Assembly (NCBI RefSeq): GCF_013122565.1
Contig: NZ_CP053258.1
Source of the DNA: Escherichia coli
GTDB taxonomy: Bacteria > Pseudomonadota > Gammaproteobacteria > Enterobacterales > Enterobacteriaceae
Direction: 5' to 3' (one strand)
Length of the DNA: 64,000 nt
Shown: positions 38,583-49,277 of the stretch, piece after piece
Numbering within the stretch: position 1 is the first letter of the stretch
Layout: every line of letters begins with the position of its first letter
Notes under the pieces: model-generated
The model's input: the letters and a program-made list of their open reading frames with translations, nothing else
Told to the model about the DNA's origin: nothing
The model's database searches: none
Position numbers and translations under genes: made by a program

Positions 38583-39281
38583 ATGATTCAGAAGAGCAAG
38601 ATCAAAGACTTGGTTGTTTTTACCGATGAAAAGAATTCAAAGTACCTCAATGTATTAAATGACTTCTTGTCTTATAATATAAATATCATCAAGGTTTTTC
38701 GTTCTATTGATGATACAAAAGTTATGCTTATTGATACCGATTACGGTAAATTGATTCTTAAGGTTTTTTCTCCGAAAGTTAAGCGTAACGAACGTTTCTT
38801 TAAGTCTCTGTTAAAAGGTGATTATTACGAACGCCTTTTTGTGCAAACTCAAAAAGTACGAAATGAAGGGTTAAATACACTCAATGATTTTTATTTATTG
38901 GCTGAACGGAAAACCTTACGATTTGTCCATACTTATATCATGATCATCGAGTATATTGATGGCATAGAGTTATGTGATATGCTCGATATTGATGATTCGC
39001 TAAAAAATAAAATTCAACAATCAATTAATGCCTTGCATCAACATGGCATGGTTTCTGGCGACCCTCATCGTGGTAATTTCATTATAAAAAATGGTGAGGT
39101 CCGAATTATTGATCTCTCTGGAAAACGTGCTTCAGCGCAGCGTAAAGCGAAAGATCGTATTGACTTAGAGCGTCATTATGGTATTAAAAATGAGATTAAA
39201 GATGTAGGCTATTATCTTTTAGTATATCGTAAAAAAATGCGCAATTTTATGCGGCGTTTGAAAGGGAAACCAGCGCGCTAA
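38583..39281 (+). CDS. waaY: LPS core heptose(II) kinase
   Basis: 232-aa ORF, same length and position as K-12 WaaY. Confidence 0.8.
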   Translation: MIQKSKIKDLVVFTDEKNSKYLNVLNDFLSYNINIIKVFRSIDDTKVMLIDTDYGKLILKVFSPKVKRNERFFKSLLKGDYYERLFVQTQKVRNEGLNTLNDFYLLAERKTLRFVHTYIMIIEYIDGIELCDMLDIDDSLKNKIQQSINALHQHGMVSGDPHRGNFIIKNGEVRIIDLSGKRASAQRKAKDRIDLERHYGIKNEIKDVGYYLLVYRKKMRNFMRRLKGKPAR

Positions 39282-39349
39282 AAATTCACAAAATTACATG
39301 TATTCACCAGAACAGTTTTAAGCGGAGTTATTTATTTCACAGGTTTATC

Positions 39350-40201
39350 ATGAAGAATATTAGATATATTGACAAAAAAGATGTTGAAAACCTGATTGAA
39401 AATAAAACATCTGATGATGTTATTATTTTTCTTTCTGGCCCTACATCGCAAAAAACACCTTTGTCAGTATTACGTAAAAAGGATATTATTGCTGTCAATG
39501 GTTCTGCGCAATATCTGTTAAGTCATAATATCGTTCCTTTTATATATATAGTTACAGATGTCCGCTTTTTACATCAGCGTCGTGATGATTTTTATAAATT
39601 TAGCCAGAGAAGTCGTTATACCATAGTAAACGTCGACGTTTATGAACACGCTTCCAAAGAAGATAAACTTTATGTCCTCCAGAACTGCCTCGTATTACGG
39701 TCCTTTTATCGCCGAGAAAAAGGCGGTTTGATAAAGAAGATAAAATTTAATATATTAAGTCAGATTCATAAAGAACTGCTGATCTCTGTACCGTTCTCTA
39801 AAAAAGGTCGTCTGGTCGGATTTTGCAAGGACATTAGTCTTGGTTATTGCTCATGCCATACTATTGCCTTTGCTGCAATTCAAATAGCATATACACTTAA
39901 GTATGCGCGGATTATTTGTTCTGGTCTTGATTTAACTGGTAGTTGTTCTCGTTTCTATGACGAAAATAATAATCCCATGCCCTCGGAATTGAGTAAGGAT
40001 TTATTCAAAATCTTGCCATTTTTCCGTTTTATGCGTGATAATGTTGAAGATATTAATATCTATAATTTATCAGATGATACCGCAATTTCTTACGATGTAA
40101 TTCCATTTATTAAATTTCAAGATATCAGTAGAGAAGAATCAAAAGATAAGACAAGAAAAAAAATGCAATATAGAACTTCAACTGATTCTTATGCTAATTA
40201 A
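39350..40201 (+). CDS. waaZ: LPS core biosynthesis protein WaaZ
   Basis: 283-aa ORF, same length and position as K-12 WaaZ. Confidence 0.75.
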   Translation: MKNIRYIDKKDVENLIENKTSDDVIIFLSGPTSQKTPLSVLRKKDIIAVNGSAQYLLSHNIVPFIYIVTDVRFLHQRRDDFYKFSQRSRYTIVNVDVYEHASKEDKLYVLQNCLVLRSFYRREKGGLIKKIKFNILSQIHKELLISVPFSKKGRLVGFCKDISLGYCSCHTIAFAAIQIAYTLKYARIICSGLDLTGSCSRFYDENNNPMPSELSKDLFKILPFFRFMRDNVEDINIYNLSDDTAISYDVIPFIKFQDISREESKDKTRKKMQYRTSTDSYAN

Positions 40202-40233
40202 TCATCCTGAAACTAAAGTGATATGGTATAAAA

Positions 40234-41307
40234 ATGCGTTTAGGAACTTTTCACAAAAAGAAAAGATTTTATATAAACAAAATCAAAATTAATTTCCTTT
40301 CTTTTTTATTTCGTAAGAAAATAAATAATCAAATTACAGAACCAGCGCAAGTTAATTCATGTCTTATTATTCATGATAATAATAAGCTCGGTGATCTAAT
40401 TGTATTAAGTTCGATTTATCGTGAACTTTATAGTAGAGGGGTTAAAATAACCATTCTTACAAATAGAAAGGGTGGGGAGTTTCTCTCTAACAATAAAAAT
40501 ATATTTGAGTTCTGTATTAAAGAATCAACTGGTTTTCTTAAAATGCTTACTCTATGTAAGCATCTGCAGGATTTACAGTTCGATATTGTATTAGACCCCT
40601 TTGAAACTATGCCCTCATTTAAGCATAGCTTAATATTATCAAGTTTAAAAGATTCTTACATTCTGGGTTTTGATCATTGGTATAAGCGTTACTATTCATT
40701 TTACCATCCTCACGATGAATGTTTAAAAGAACATATGAGTACACGAGCAATAGAAATACTGAAGCATATTTATGGTGAGGGTAAATTTTCCACCGACTAC
40801 GACTTGCATTTACCAGTAGATGTTGAAGATAAAATAATAGAATTTATTGGAGATACAAGAATAGTCATTATTAATCCATTAGGTGCAAAAAAAATATGCC
40901 GTCTTACGTTTGAGCAAATAAAAGTTATATATCAAGAAGTGAAAACACACTTTGAAAATTATCGGATTATATTTACCGGGTTACCGCAAGATTTATTGAC
41001 AATACCAATACTTGAAATCGAAACACTACCATTTGATGAGTTTATTTATACCGTTGCGTTGACCAAGTATAGTGATTTTGTCATTTCTGTTGATACAGCT
41101 CTTGTTCATATCGCTGCGGCTTATCATAAACCAACGCTTGCATTTTACCCTAATTCACGTACTCCGGAATATCCCTCGCATTTAATTTGGTCCCCGAATC
41201 ATCATAAATCTATACAAATAGTATCCCCAACATATACGGTAAAAGATATCGATACTGAAACTTTAACTAATTCAGTAAAGAGATTAAGTTGTATAGATAA
41301 GAAGTGA
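40234..41307 (+). CDS. waaU: LPS heptosyltransferase IV (GT9; WaaU/WaaK)
   Basis: 357-aa ORF, same length and position as K-12 WaaU. Confidence 0.8.
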   Translation: MRLGTFHKKKRFYINKIKINFLSFLFRKKINNQITEPAQVNSCLIIHDNNKLGDLIVLSSIYRELYSRGVKITILTNRKGGEFLSNNKNIFEFCIKESTGFLKMLTLCKHLQDLQFDIVLDPFETMPSFKHSLILSSLKDSYILGFDHWYKRYYSFYHPHDECLKEHMSTRAIEILKHIYGEGKFSTDYDLHLPVDVEDKIIEFIGDTRIVIINPLGAKKICRLTFEQIKVIYQEVKTHFENYRIIFTGLPQDLLTIPILEIETLPFDEFIYTVALTKYSDFVISVDTALVHIAAAYHKPTLAFYPNSRTPEYPSHLIWSPNHHKSIQIVSPTYTVKDIDTETLTNSVKRLSCIDKK

Positions 41308-41338
41308 GTTTTAACTCACTTCTTAAACTTGTTTATTC

Positions 41339-42598
41339 TTAATTAATTGTATTGTTACGATTATTAATAACGAGTAAGAGCACTATAGCGGATATAATAA
41401 TAATTGGAATGCTGCGTGCCCATATGATCACATCACTGAGTCCAATCCCCACAATGCCAAGCGTTAATATCAACAAACCCAAAGCTCGTTTTTTATATGC
41501 TATATAAAATAGTGAAAAATAGAGGAAAAGTGTGGAAAAAATTCCCATCAGACCTTTCAGTGACCCTGCTTCAATTATCTCATTATGTAGATGTACGTTA
41601 GAAAACTCCAATGCCCCTCTTAGCCTGTTGTGTTCTGCAACTAACAAATTCATACTTTCAGCGCGCGACTCTGCAGATCTAAATGAAAAAGGTGACTTTT
41701 TGAATATATCCAAACCAATTTCGTACATTGCCAGCCTTGCACCTAAGGAAGTCACGCTATTAGCATTTGTATAACTGTTTAAATCATTTAATGCTTCATT
41801 ATAGCGATTCTGTATTGGTTTATTAAATATAATTACAATACTCGCCAATATAGCAATTAGAAGAAAAATAGCGGAAGTAATTTTCTTAGGTGATTTATTA
41901 TAATAAGCTATTAATGTAACAGCACAAATTCCAGGAAACAGGAGTAGTGTTGCTCTGGTTTGTGTTAGTGCCAGAACATAAAGTACCGCGCAACTATTTA
42001 ATAAAAATAAAAAAGGATGGTTTTTCTTAGTATAAAGAATCGCAACACCACTAACTATCCCTATTAGCATTGTTGAATATGCCGCTCCTGTTGCCGTTCC
42101 TACACCAAAAGAAATACGATCATATTCATGAATACTATTAATATACATTGCATATCCAGCAATTATAAATGACAGAGAATATAAAATGTATAATATACTC
42201 TCTTTTTTATTTTTTAGCTGGCTAGTTAGTGCTAAAAAAACAATAAAAGAACCAAATATAAATATTTTGGCAGTATTTAAATAACTATGGTAAGTAGCAC
42301 GATATGGCGAGTTATCTACTTTAAATACAGAATACCAAATTAAATCAAGAAACCCTATAAAAAATATAGAAAGGGGCAGAATAATATTTTTTATATTGTA
42401 ATTTATTTGTCTGCCACGTAAAATTAGTGCTAATAAGCAAGTTATAGCAGTGATGTTATACATCTTTATGCTGAAATTGTTATCGACGAATGCAATTATT
42501 AATGAAAAAAAACATAATATATAAGTTATTATCTCTAAAATCATAGATGATTGCAGAGTGTAAGGTTTCCATGAATGAAGTTTAATGAAGGTTGGCAT
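41339..42598 (-). CDS. waaL: O-antigen ligase
   Basis: 419-aa polytopic ORF, convergent with waaU. Confidence 0.9.
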   Translation of the reverse strand: MPTFIKLHSWKPYTLQSSMILEIITYILCFFSLIIAFVDNNFSIKMYNITAITCLLALILRGRQINYNIKNIILPLSIFFIGFLDLIWYSVFKVDNSPYRATYHSYLNTAKIFIFGSFIVFLALTSQLKNKKESILYILYSLSFIIAGYAMYINSIHEYDRISFGVGTATGAAYSTMLIGIVSGVAILYTKKNHPFLFLLNSCAVLYVLALTQTRATLLLFPGICAVTLIAYYNKSPKKITSAIFLLIAILASIVIIFNKPIQNRYNEALNDLNSYTNANSVTSLGARLAMYEIGLDIFKKSPFSFRSAESRAESMNLLVAEHNRLRGALEFSNVHLHNEIIEAGSLKGLMGIFSTLFLYFSLFYIAYKKRALGLLILTLGIVGIGLSDVIIWARSIPIIIISAIVLLLVINNRNNTIN

Positions 42599-42607
42599 GT
42601 TTTACCT

Positions 42608-43567
42608 TTATAATGATGATAACTTTTCCAAAACTGTTTGACCGTTGAGATTATTTAAACTTTTCCCCGGAGCCCTACAAACCATCTGATTCTTCCCATA
42701 CCCACCAATTAATCCCGGATCGGTTGGTCCATAAACCGTGATATTCGGTCTATCCAGTGCCGCCGTTAAATGGCTTAACCCCGTATCCACCGACACTACA
42801 AATTTAGCCCCGGCCAGCACGCGGGCAACGCCTTCCAGACTCATCTTCGGCAATACTTCAACATAAGCAAATCCTTCCGCCAGTCGTTTCGCCCGTTCTT
42901 CCTCATGCGGCGCGCCCCACGGAAGTTTAATCCGTATTCCTGAATCAGCCAGTAAACCAATCAATTCTCGCCAGTGTTCTTCCGGCCAGTGTTTATCATC
43001 ACGGGTCGTCGCATGAAGAAATACGGCATATTCGCCAGCATCTGTAGGCAGGTTCGTCAGGAAATGCTGTGCAATAGCATAATCGCCCTGGGTTTGCGGT
43101 TTGCTATAGCCCAAACTTTTGGCAAACAGTTCGCGGGTGCGTTCTACGGCGTGCTGCTGTTTTGCAATATGATGTTTACGATTGTAAAACAGGCTGGCTA
43201 AAGGTTCGCGAGCGGTTTGCCAGTCCATTCCATGCTTTACGCCATGCGCCAGACGCGTCACCAGCGCCGCGCTTTTTACCAGCCCCTGAGCATCGATAAC
43301 TGCGTCATAGTTCTCTGCTTGTAGCGCTTCACGAAACGCTTTGCGTTCCGCTTTTATGGGGGCCGAGAACCAGGCTTTACGCCAGCGACGTATTGCCACA
43401 GGAATAACTCGCTCAACGGCGGCGTGCCAGGAAGGAATTTGTGCGAACCCTTCTTCCACCACCCAGTCAAACTTAATCCCTGGGATTGCCTGCTGGGCAT
43501 CAGTGAGTGAGGGCAACGTATGGAGAACATCGCCCATCGACGATGTTTTAACGATCAAAACCCGCAT
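42608..43567 (-). CDS. waaC: LPS heptosyltransferase I
   Basis: 319-aa ORF starting MRVLIVKTSSMGDVLH. Confidence 0.95.
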   Translation of the reverse strand: MRVLIVKTSSMGDVLHTLPSLTDAQQAIPGIKFDWVVEEGFAQIPSWHAAVERVIPVAIRRWRKAWFSAPIKAERKAFREALQAENYDAVIDAQGLVKSAALVTRLAHGVKHGMDWQTAREPLASLFYNRKHHIAKQQHAVERTRELFAKSLGYSKPQTQGDYAIAQHFLTNLPTDAGEYAVFLHATTRDDKHWPEEHWRELIGLLADSGIRIKLPWGAPHEEERAKRLAEGFAYVEVLPKMSLEGVARVLAGAKFVVSVDTGLSHLTAALDRPNITVYGPTDPGLIGGYGKNQMVCRAPGKSLNNLNGQTVLEKLSSL

Positions 43568-43570
43568 CCG

Positions 43571-44617
43571 TCAGGCTTCCTCTTGTAACAATAGCTCGTT
43601 GAGTTCTTCCAGTACGCGCTGGGGAGTAATGTCGATCAAGCTCTGGTGATAACCCTCCGCAGCGTCACCTTTACGCACTTTGTGATAGCCGGTAATCAGA
43701 CGGATCACGCGTGCTTTATGGGATAGCGGCGGTGTGAAGTCCGGGCTACTCGGACCATACAGGGCAACCAGCGGACGATTGAGCGCCGCCGCAACGTGCA
43801 TCAGGCCAGAATCGTTAGTGACAATGGCTTTACAGGCTGCAATCAGGATAACCGCTTGATCAAGCTGTGTTTCCCCCGCCAGGTTCCGACACCATGCCTG
43901 CTGCTCGGTATTCAAAGCGGCAAGAATCTCATTGCCCGCTTCATGATCTTTCGCCGAGCCAAACAGAACCACCTGATAACCTTCATCAATCAGCTGCTTT
44001 GCCAGCTCCGCATAGTGGTAGTGTGGCCAGCGTTTTGCCGGACCAAACTCTGCACCCGGGCAAAAACCAATCATCGGACGTTCTGATGAAAGCGAAAATT
44101 GATTACAGGTATATGATTTTTCACCTTCGCTCACCTGCAACTGCGGCCATAACAATGGCTGCGGCAGATCTTGTGCGGTACGCATAATGCCTTTGTCATA
44201 GGCCAGCGCGACATAGCGTTCCACCATTAGCGGCCAGGCTTCTTTATCGAGCACACGTACATCGTTGAGTAAACCGTAGCGCATCTCGCCGCGCCAGCCG
44301 GTGCGATGAGGAATACCCGCGAAGAAAGGCACTAATGCAGATTTGAAGGAGTTGGGTAAGACGTAGGCGCGGTCGTAGCGCTTTTCACGCAGGCTATGAC
44401 CCAGTTTGCGGCGTTCGCCGATTTCCAGCGCTCCGTGACCGAGAGGCATAGGGATAGCTTCGTTAACTTCCGGCATCCGCGATAATAATGGACGGCACCA
44501 TGCAGGTGCCATCACGTCGATTATCGCCTGGGGATAGCGCGCCTGGAGCGTGCGATAGAGACTTTGCGACATCATCATGTCGCCAACCCAAGACGGGCCG
44601 ATCACCAGTATTTTCAT
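43571..44617 (-). CDS. waaF: LPS heptosyltransferase II
   Basis: 348-aa ORF starting MKILVIGPSWVGDMMMSQ. Confidence 0.95.
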   Translation of the reverse strand: MKILVIGPSWVGDMMMSQSLYRTLQARYPQAIIDVMAPAWCRPLLSRMPEVNEAIPMPLGHGALEIGERRKLGHSLREKRYDRAYVLPNSFKSALVPFFAGIPHRTGWRGEMRYGLLNDVRVLDKEAWPLMVERYVALAYDKGIMRTAQDLPQPLLWPQLQVSEGEKSYTCNQFSLSSERPMIGFCPGAEFGPAKRWPHYHYAELAKQLIDEGYQVVLFGSAKDHEAGNEILAALNTEQQAWCRNLAGETQLDQAVILIAACKAIVTNDSGLMHVAAALNRPLVALYGPSSPDFTPPLSHKARVIRLITGYHKVRKGDAAEGYHQSLIDITPQRVLEELNELLLQEEA

Positions 44618-44626
44618 GCAGAGCTC

Positions 44627-45559
44627 TTATGCGTCGCGATTCAGCCAGGCCATATATTCCGTTACACCTTCGGCAACGGTTTTGAACGGTTTGTCGTAAC
44701 CCGCCGCGCGCAGATTTGTCAGATCTGCCTGAGTGAACGCCTGGTAGCGGCCTTTCAGCTTATCCGGGAACGGAATGTATTCGATCTGGCCTTTCTTGTG
44801 ATAAGCCAGCGTTGCATCGGCTACTGCCTGGAAGGATTCTGCACGACCGGTGCCGAGGTTGAAGATACCGGAAACGCCATTTTCCAGGAACCACAGGTTG
44901 ACGTCTGCCACGTCGCCTACGTAAACGAAATCGCGTTTGAAGTTTTCGCTACCTTCGAACAGCTTCGGTGATTCACCGTTGTTAAGCTGGGTGTTGAGAT
45001 GGAAAGCGACGCTCGCCATGCTGCCTTTATGGCCTTCACGCGGCCCATAGACGTTGAAGTAGCGGAAGCCAACAATCTGTGAATTTGCTTCCGGCAGGAT
45101 TTGACGAACATATTCATCAAACAGGAATTTTGAGTAACCGTAGACGTTCAACGGTTTTTCGTACTCGCGGGATTCAATAAAGTCGGAGGTGCGTCCGCCG
45201 TAAGTGGCTGCGGAAGAGGCGTACAGGAACGGGATTTCACGCTCCAGGCAGTAGTGCAGCAGCTCCTTGGAGTATTGATAGTTGTTATCCATCATATACT
45301 TGCCGTCCCACTCGGTGGTGGAAGAGCACGCGCCTTCGTGGAAAATCGCTTCGACATCGCCGAACTCTTCGCCAGCCATAATCTGGATCAGGAAGTCTTC
45401 CTTATCCATATAGTCCGCGATATCCAGATCCACCAGGTTCACAAACTTGGTGCCGTCTTTCAGGTTGTCCACCACCAGAATATCGGTGATGCCTTTATCA
45501 TTCAGGGCTTTAACGATGTTGCTGCCGATAAAGCCCGCGCCGCCGGTAACGATGATCAT
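44627..45559 (-). CDS. hldD: ADP-L-glycero-D-manno-heptose 6-epimerase
   Basis: 310-aa ORF with Rossmann motif [16 protein letters not shown]. Confidence 0.95.
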
Positions 45560-45772
45560 AACTGTAACCTTCGAATTATGGAGTCAGAGACAATCTCAGA
45601 CACGAATACTTCTATCATATCACTACACGGCGTTGGCTTCAGCCATTCGCCAAAAGTGAGATTGATGGACGTTATTTATCCTGAATTTTGCAGAAGTGTT
45701 AACGCGTCATCTCGTCGCGACCTATAAGTTTGGGTAATATGTGCTGGAATTTGCCCTGTCTGGAGAATCGCA

Positions 45773-46969
45773 ATGCGTGGAGAATTTTATCAGCAGTTAA
45801 CCAACGATCTGGAAACCGCACGGGCGGAAGGGTTGTTTAAAGAAGAGCGCATTATTACGTCTGCGCAGCAAGCAGATATCACTGTGGCTGATGGAAGCCA
45901 CGTCATTAACTTTTGTGCCAACAACTATCTCGGGCTGGCGAATCATCCGGATCTGATTGCGGCGGCAAAGGCGGGAATGGATTCTCACGGTTTCGGCATG
46001 GCTTCGGTGCGTTTTATTTGCGGCACTCAGGACAGCCATAAAGAGCTTGAACAAAAACTGGCGGCTTTCCTGGGGATGGAAGATGCGATTCTCTACTCTT
46101 CCTGCTTTGATGCTAACGGTGGCCTGTTTGAAACGCTGCTGGGTGCGGAAGACGCCATTATCTCCGACGCACTGAACCACGCGTCTATTATTGATGGTGT
46201 GCGTCTGTGTAAAGCTAAACGCTATCGCTATGCCAACAACGATATGCAGGAGCTGGAAGCACGTCTGAAAGAAGCGCGTGAAGCCGGTGCACGTCATGTG
46301 CTGATTGCCACCGATGGTGTGTTCTCGATGGACGGCGTGATTGCCAACCTGAAGGGCGTTTGCGATCTGGCAGATAAATACGATGCCCTGGTGATGGTAG
46401 ACGACTCCCACGCGGTCGGTTTTGTCGGTGAAAATGGTCGTGGTTCCCATGAATACTGCGATGTGATGGGCCGGGTCGATATTATCACCGGTACGCTTGG
46501 TAAAGCGCTGGGCGGGGCTTCTGGTGGTTATACTGCGGCGCGCAAAGAAGTGGTTGAGTGGCTGCGCCAGCGTTCTCGTCCGTATCTGTTCTCCAACTCG
46601 CTGGCACCGGCGATTGTCGCCGCTTCCATCAAAGTGCTGGAGATGGTTGAAGCGGGTAGCGAGCTACGTGACCGCCTGTGGGCGAACGCGCGTCAGTTCC
46701 GTGAGCAGATGTCGGCGGCGGGCTTTACCCTGGCGGGGGCCGATCACGCCATTATTCCGGTCATGCTTGGCGATGCGGTCGTGGCGCAGAAATTTGCCCG
46801 TGAGCTGCAAAAAGAGGGCATTTACGTCACCGGTTTCTTCTATCCGGTCGTACCGAAAGGTCAGGCGCGTATTCGTACCCAGATGTCTGCGGCGCATACC
46901 CCTGAGCAAATTACGCGTGCAGTAGAAGCATTCATGCGTATTGGTAAACAACTGGGCGTTATCGCCTGA
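45773..46969 (+). CDS. kbl: 2-amino-3-ketobutyrate CoA ligase (glycine C-acetyltransferase)
   Basis: 398-aa PLP-dependent ORF; immediately upstream of tdh. Confidence 0.95.
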   Translation: MRGEFYQQLTNDLETARAEGLFKEERIITSAQQADITVADGSHVINFCANNYLGLANHPDLIAAAKAGMDSHGFGMASVRFICGTQDSHKELEQKLAAFLGMEDAILYSSCFDANGGLFETLLGAEDAIISDALNHASIIDGVRLCKAKRYRYANNDMQELEARLKEAREAGARHVLIATDGVFSMDGVIANLKGVCDLADKYDALVMVDDSHAVGFVGENGRGSHEYCDVMGRVDIITGTLGKALGGASGGYTAARKEVVEWLRQRSRPYLFSNSLAPAIVAASIKVLEMVEAGSELRDRLWANARQFREQMSAAGFTLAGADHAIIPVMLGDAVVAQKFARELQKEGIYVTGFFYPVVPKGQARIRTQMSAAHTPEQITRAVEAFMRIGKQLGVIA

Positions 46970-46978
46970 GGATGTGAA

Positions 46979-48004
46979 ATGAAAGCGTTATCCAAACTGA
47001 AAGCGGAAGAGGGCATCTGGATGACCGACGTTCCTGAGCCGGAACTCGGGCATAACGATCTGCTGATTAAAATCCGTAAAACAGCCATCTGCGGGACTGA
47101 CGTTCACATCTATAACTGGGATGAGTGGTCGCAAAAAACCATCCCGGTGCCGATGGTTGTCGGTCATGAATATGTCGGTGAAGTGGTAGGTATTGGTCAG
47201 GAAGTGAAAGGCTTCAAGATTGGCGATCGCGTTTCTGGCGAAGGCCATATCACCTGCGGTCACTGTCGCAACTGTCGTGGCGGTCGTACCCATCTGTGCC
47301 GCAACACGATCGGCGTCGGCGTTAACCGTCCGGGCTGCTTCGCCGAATATCTGGTGATCCCGGCGTTCAACGCCTTCAAAATCCTAGACAATATCTCCGA
47401 CGACCTGGCTTCCATTTTTGATCCCTTCGGTAACGCCGTGCATACCGCTCTGTCGTTCGATCTGGTTGGCGAGGATGTGCTGGTCTCTGGTGCAGGGCCG
47501 ATAGGTATTATGGCTGCGGCGGTGGCGAAACACGTTGGTGCACGCAACGTGGTGATCACGGATGTTAATGAATACCGCCTTGAGCTGGCGCGTAAAATGG
47601 GTATCACCCGTGCGGTTAACGTCGCCAAAGAAAATCTCAATGACGTGATGGCGGAGTTAGGCATGACCGAAGGCTTTGATGTCGGTCTGGAAATGTCCGG
47701 TGCGCCGCCAGCGTTTCGTACCATGCTCGACACCATGAACCACGGCGGTCGCATTGCGATGCTGGGTATTCCACCGTCTGATATGTCTATCGACTGGACC
47801 AAAGTGATCTTTAAAGGCTTGTTCATTAAAGGTATTTACGGTCGTGAGATGTTTGAAACCTGGTACAAGATGGCGGCGCTGATTCAGTCTGGCCTCGATC
47901 TCTCGCCGATCATTACCCATCGTTTCTCTATTGATGATTTCCAGAAGGGCTTTGACGCTATGCGTTCGGGCCAGTCCGGGAAAGTTATTCTGAGCTGGGA
48001 TTAA
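46979..48004 (+). CDS. tdh: L-threonine 3-dehydrogenase
   Basis: 341-aa zinc-type alcohol dehydrogenase-family ORF. Confidence 0.95.
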   Translation: MKALSKLKAEEGIWMTDVPEPELGHNDLLIKIRKTAICGTDVHIYNWDEWSQKTIPVPMVVGHEYVGEVVGIGQEVKGFKIGDRVSGEGHITCGHCRNCRGGRTHLCRNTIGVGVNRPGCFAEYLVIPAFNAFKILDNISDDLASIFDPFGNAVHTALSFDLVGEDVLVSGAGPIGIMAAAVAKHVGARNVVITDVNEYRLELARKMGITRAVNVAKENLNDVMAELGMTEGFDVGLEMSGAPPAFRTMLDTMNHGGRIAMLGIPPSDMSIDWTKVIFKGLFIKGIYGREMFETWYKMAALIQSGLDLSPIITHRFSIDDFQKGFDAMRSGQSGKVILSWD

Positions 48005-48011
48005 CACGAAC

Positions 48012-48038
48012 AAGGGCTGGTATTCCAGCCCTTTTATC
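48012..48038 (+). terminator. Rho-independent terminator after tdh
   Basis: gggctgg-tatt-ccagccc stem-loop followed by TTTTAT. Confidence 0.6.
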
Positions 48039-48242
48039 TGAGGATAATCCGTTAAATATGTAAAATCCTGTCAGTGTAATAAAGATATCGTAATTGCGCT
48101 GATCTCTTATATAGCTGCTCTCATTATCTCTCTACCCTGAAGTGACTCTCTCACCTGTAAAAATAATATCTCACAGGCTTAATAGTTTCTTAATACAAAG
48201 CCTGTAAAACGTCAGGATAACTTCAGAGGTCGTCGGTAATTT

Positions 48243-49277
48243 ATGATGAACAGCACCAATAAACTTAGTGTTATTATCCCGTTATATAATGCGGGCGATG
48301 ATTTCCGCACGTGTATGGAATCTTTAATTACGCAAACCTGGACTGCTCTGGAAATCATTATTATTAACGATGGTTCAACGGATAATTCTGTTGAAATAGC
48401 AAAGCATTACGCGGAAAACTATCCGCACGTTCGTTTGTTGCATCAGGCGAATGCTGGCGCATCGGTGGCGCGTAATCGTGGGATCGAGGTGGCGACGGGC
48501 AAATATGTCGCTTTTGTCGATGCTGACGATGAGGTCTATCCCACCATGTACGAAACGCTGATGACCATGGCGTTAGAGGACGACCTCGACGTGGCGCAGT
48601 GCAACGCTGACTGGTGTTTTCGTGAAACGGGAGAAACCTGGCAATCCATCCCCACCGATCGCCTTCGCTCAACCGGCGTCTTAACCGGCCCGGACTGGCT
48701 GCGGATGGGGCTTTCTTCGCGCCGTTGGACACACGTGGTCTGGATGGGGGTTTATCGCCGCGATGTTATTGTTAAAAATAACATTAAATTTATTGCCGGA
48801 TTACATCATCAGGATATTGTCTGGACAACAGAATTCATGTTTAACGCGCTGCGTGCGCGATATACCGAGCAATCATTATATAAATATTATCTGCATAATA
48901 CGTCAGTGAGTCGGTTGCATAGACAAGGGAATAAAAACCTTAATTATCAACGTCACTATATTAAGATTACCCGCCTGCTGGAGAAATTAAATCGAAATTA
49001 TGCCGACAAAATTACGATTTATCCGGAATTTCATCAGCAAATAACTTACGAAGCATTGCGTGTTTGCCATGCGGTGCGCAAAGAGCCGGATATTCTTACC
49101 CGCCAACGGATGATTGCCGAGATATTTACTTCCGGTATGTATAAGCGCCTGATTACCAATGTCCGCAGCGTGAAGGTGGGTTACCAGGCGTTACTGTGGT
49201 TTTTCCGCTTATGGCAATGGCGCGACAAAACGCGGTCGCACCATCGCATTACGCGTAGCGCCTTTAATTTGCGCTAG
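48243..49277 (+). CDS. waaH: GT2-family glycosyltransferase WaaH/YibD
   Basis: 344-aa ORF with N-terminal GT2 signature LSVIIPLYNAGDD...DADD. Confidence 0.8.
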   Translation: MMNSTNKLSVIIPLYNAGDDFRTCMESLITQTWTALEIIIINDGSTDNSVEIAKHYAENYPHVRLLHQANAGASVARNRGIEVATGKYVAFVDADDEVYPTMYETLMTMALEDDLDVAQCNADWCFRETGETWQSIPTDRLRSTGVLTGPDWLRMGLSSRRWTHVVWMGVYRRDVIVKNNIKFIAGLHHQDIVWTTEFMFNALRARYTEQSLYKYYLHNTSVSRLHRQGNKNLNYQRHYIKITRLLEKLNRNYADKITIYPEFHQQITYEALRVCHAVRKEPDILTRQRMIAEIFTSGMYKRLITNVRSVKVGYQALLWFFRLWQWRDKTRSHHRITRSAFNLR

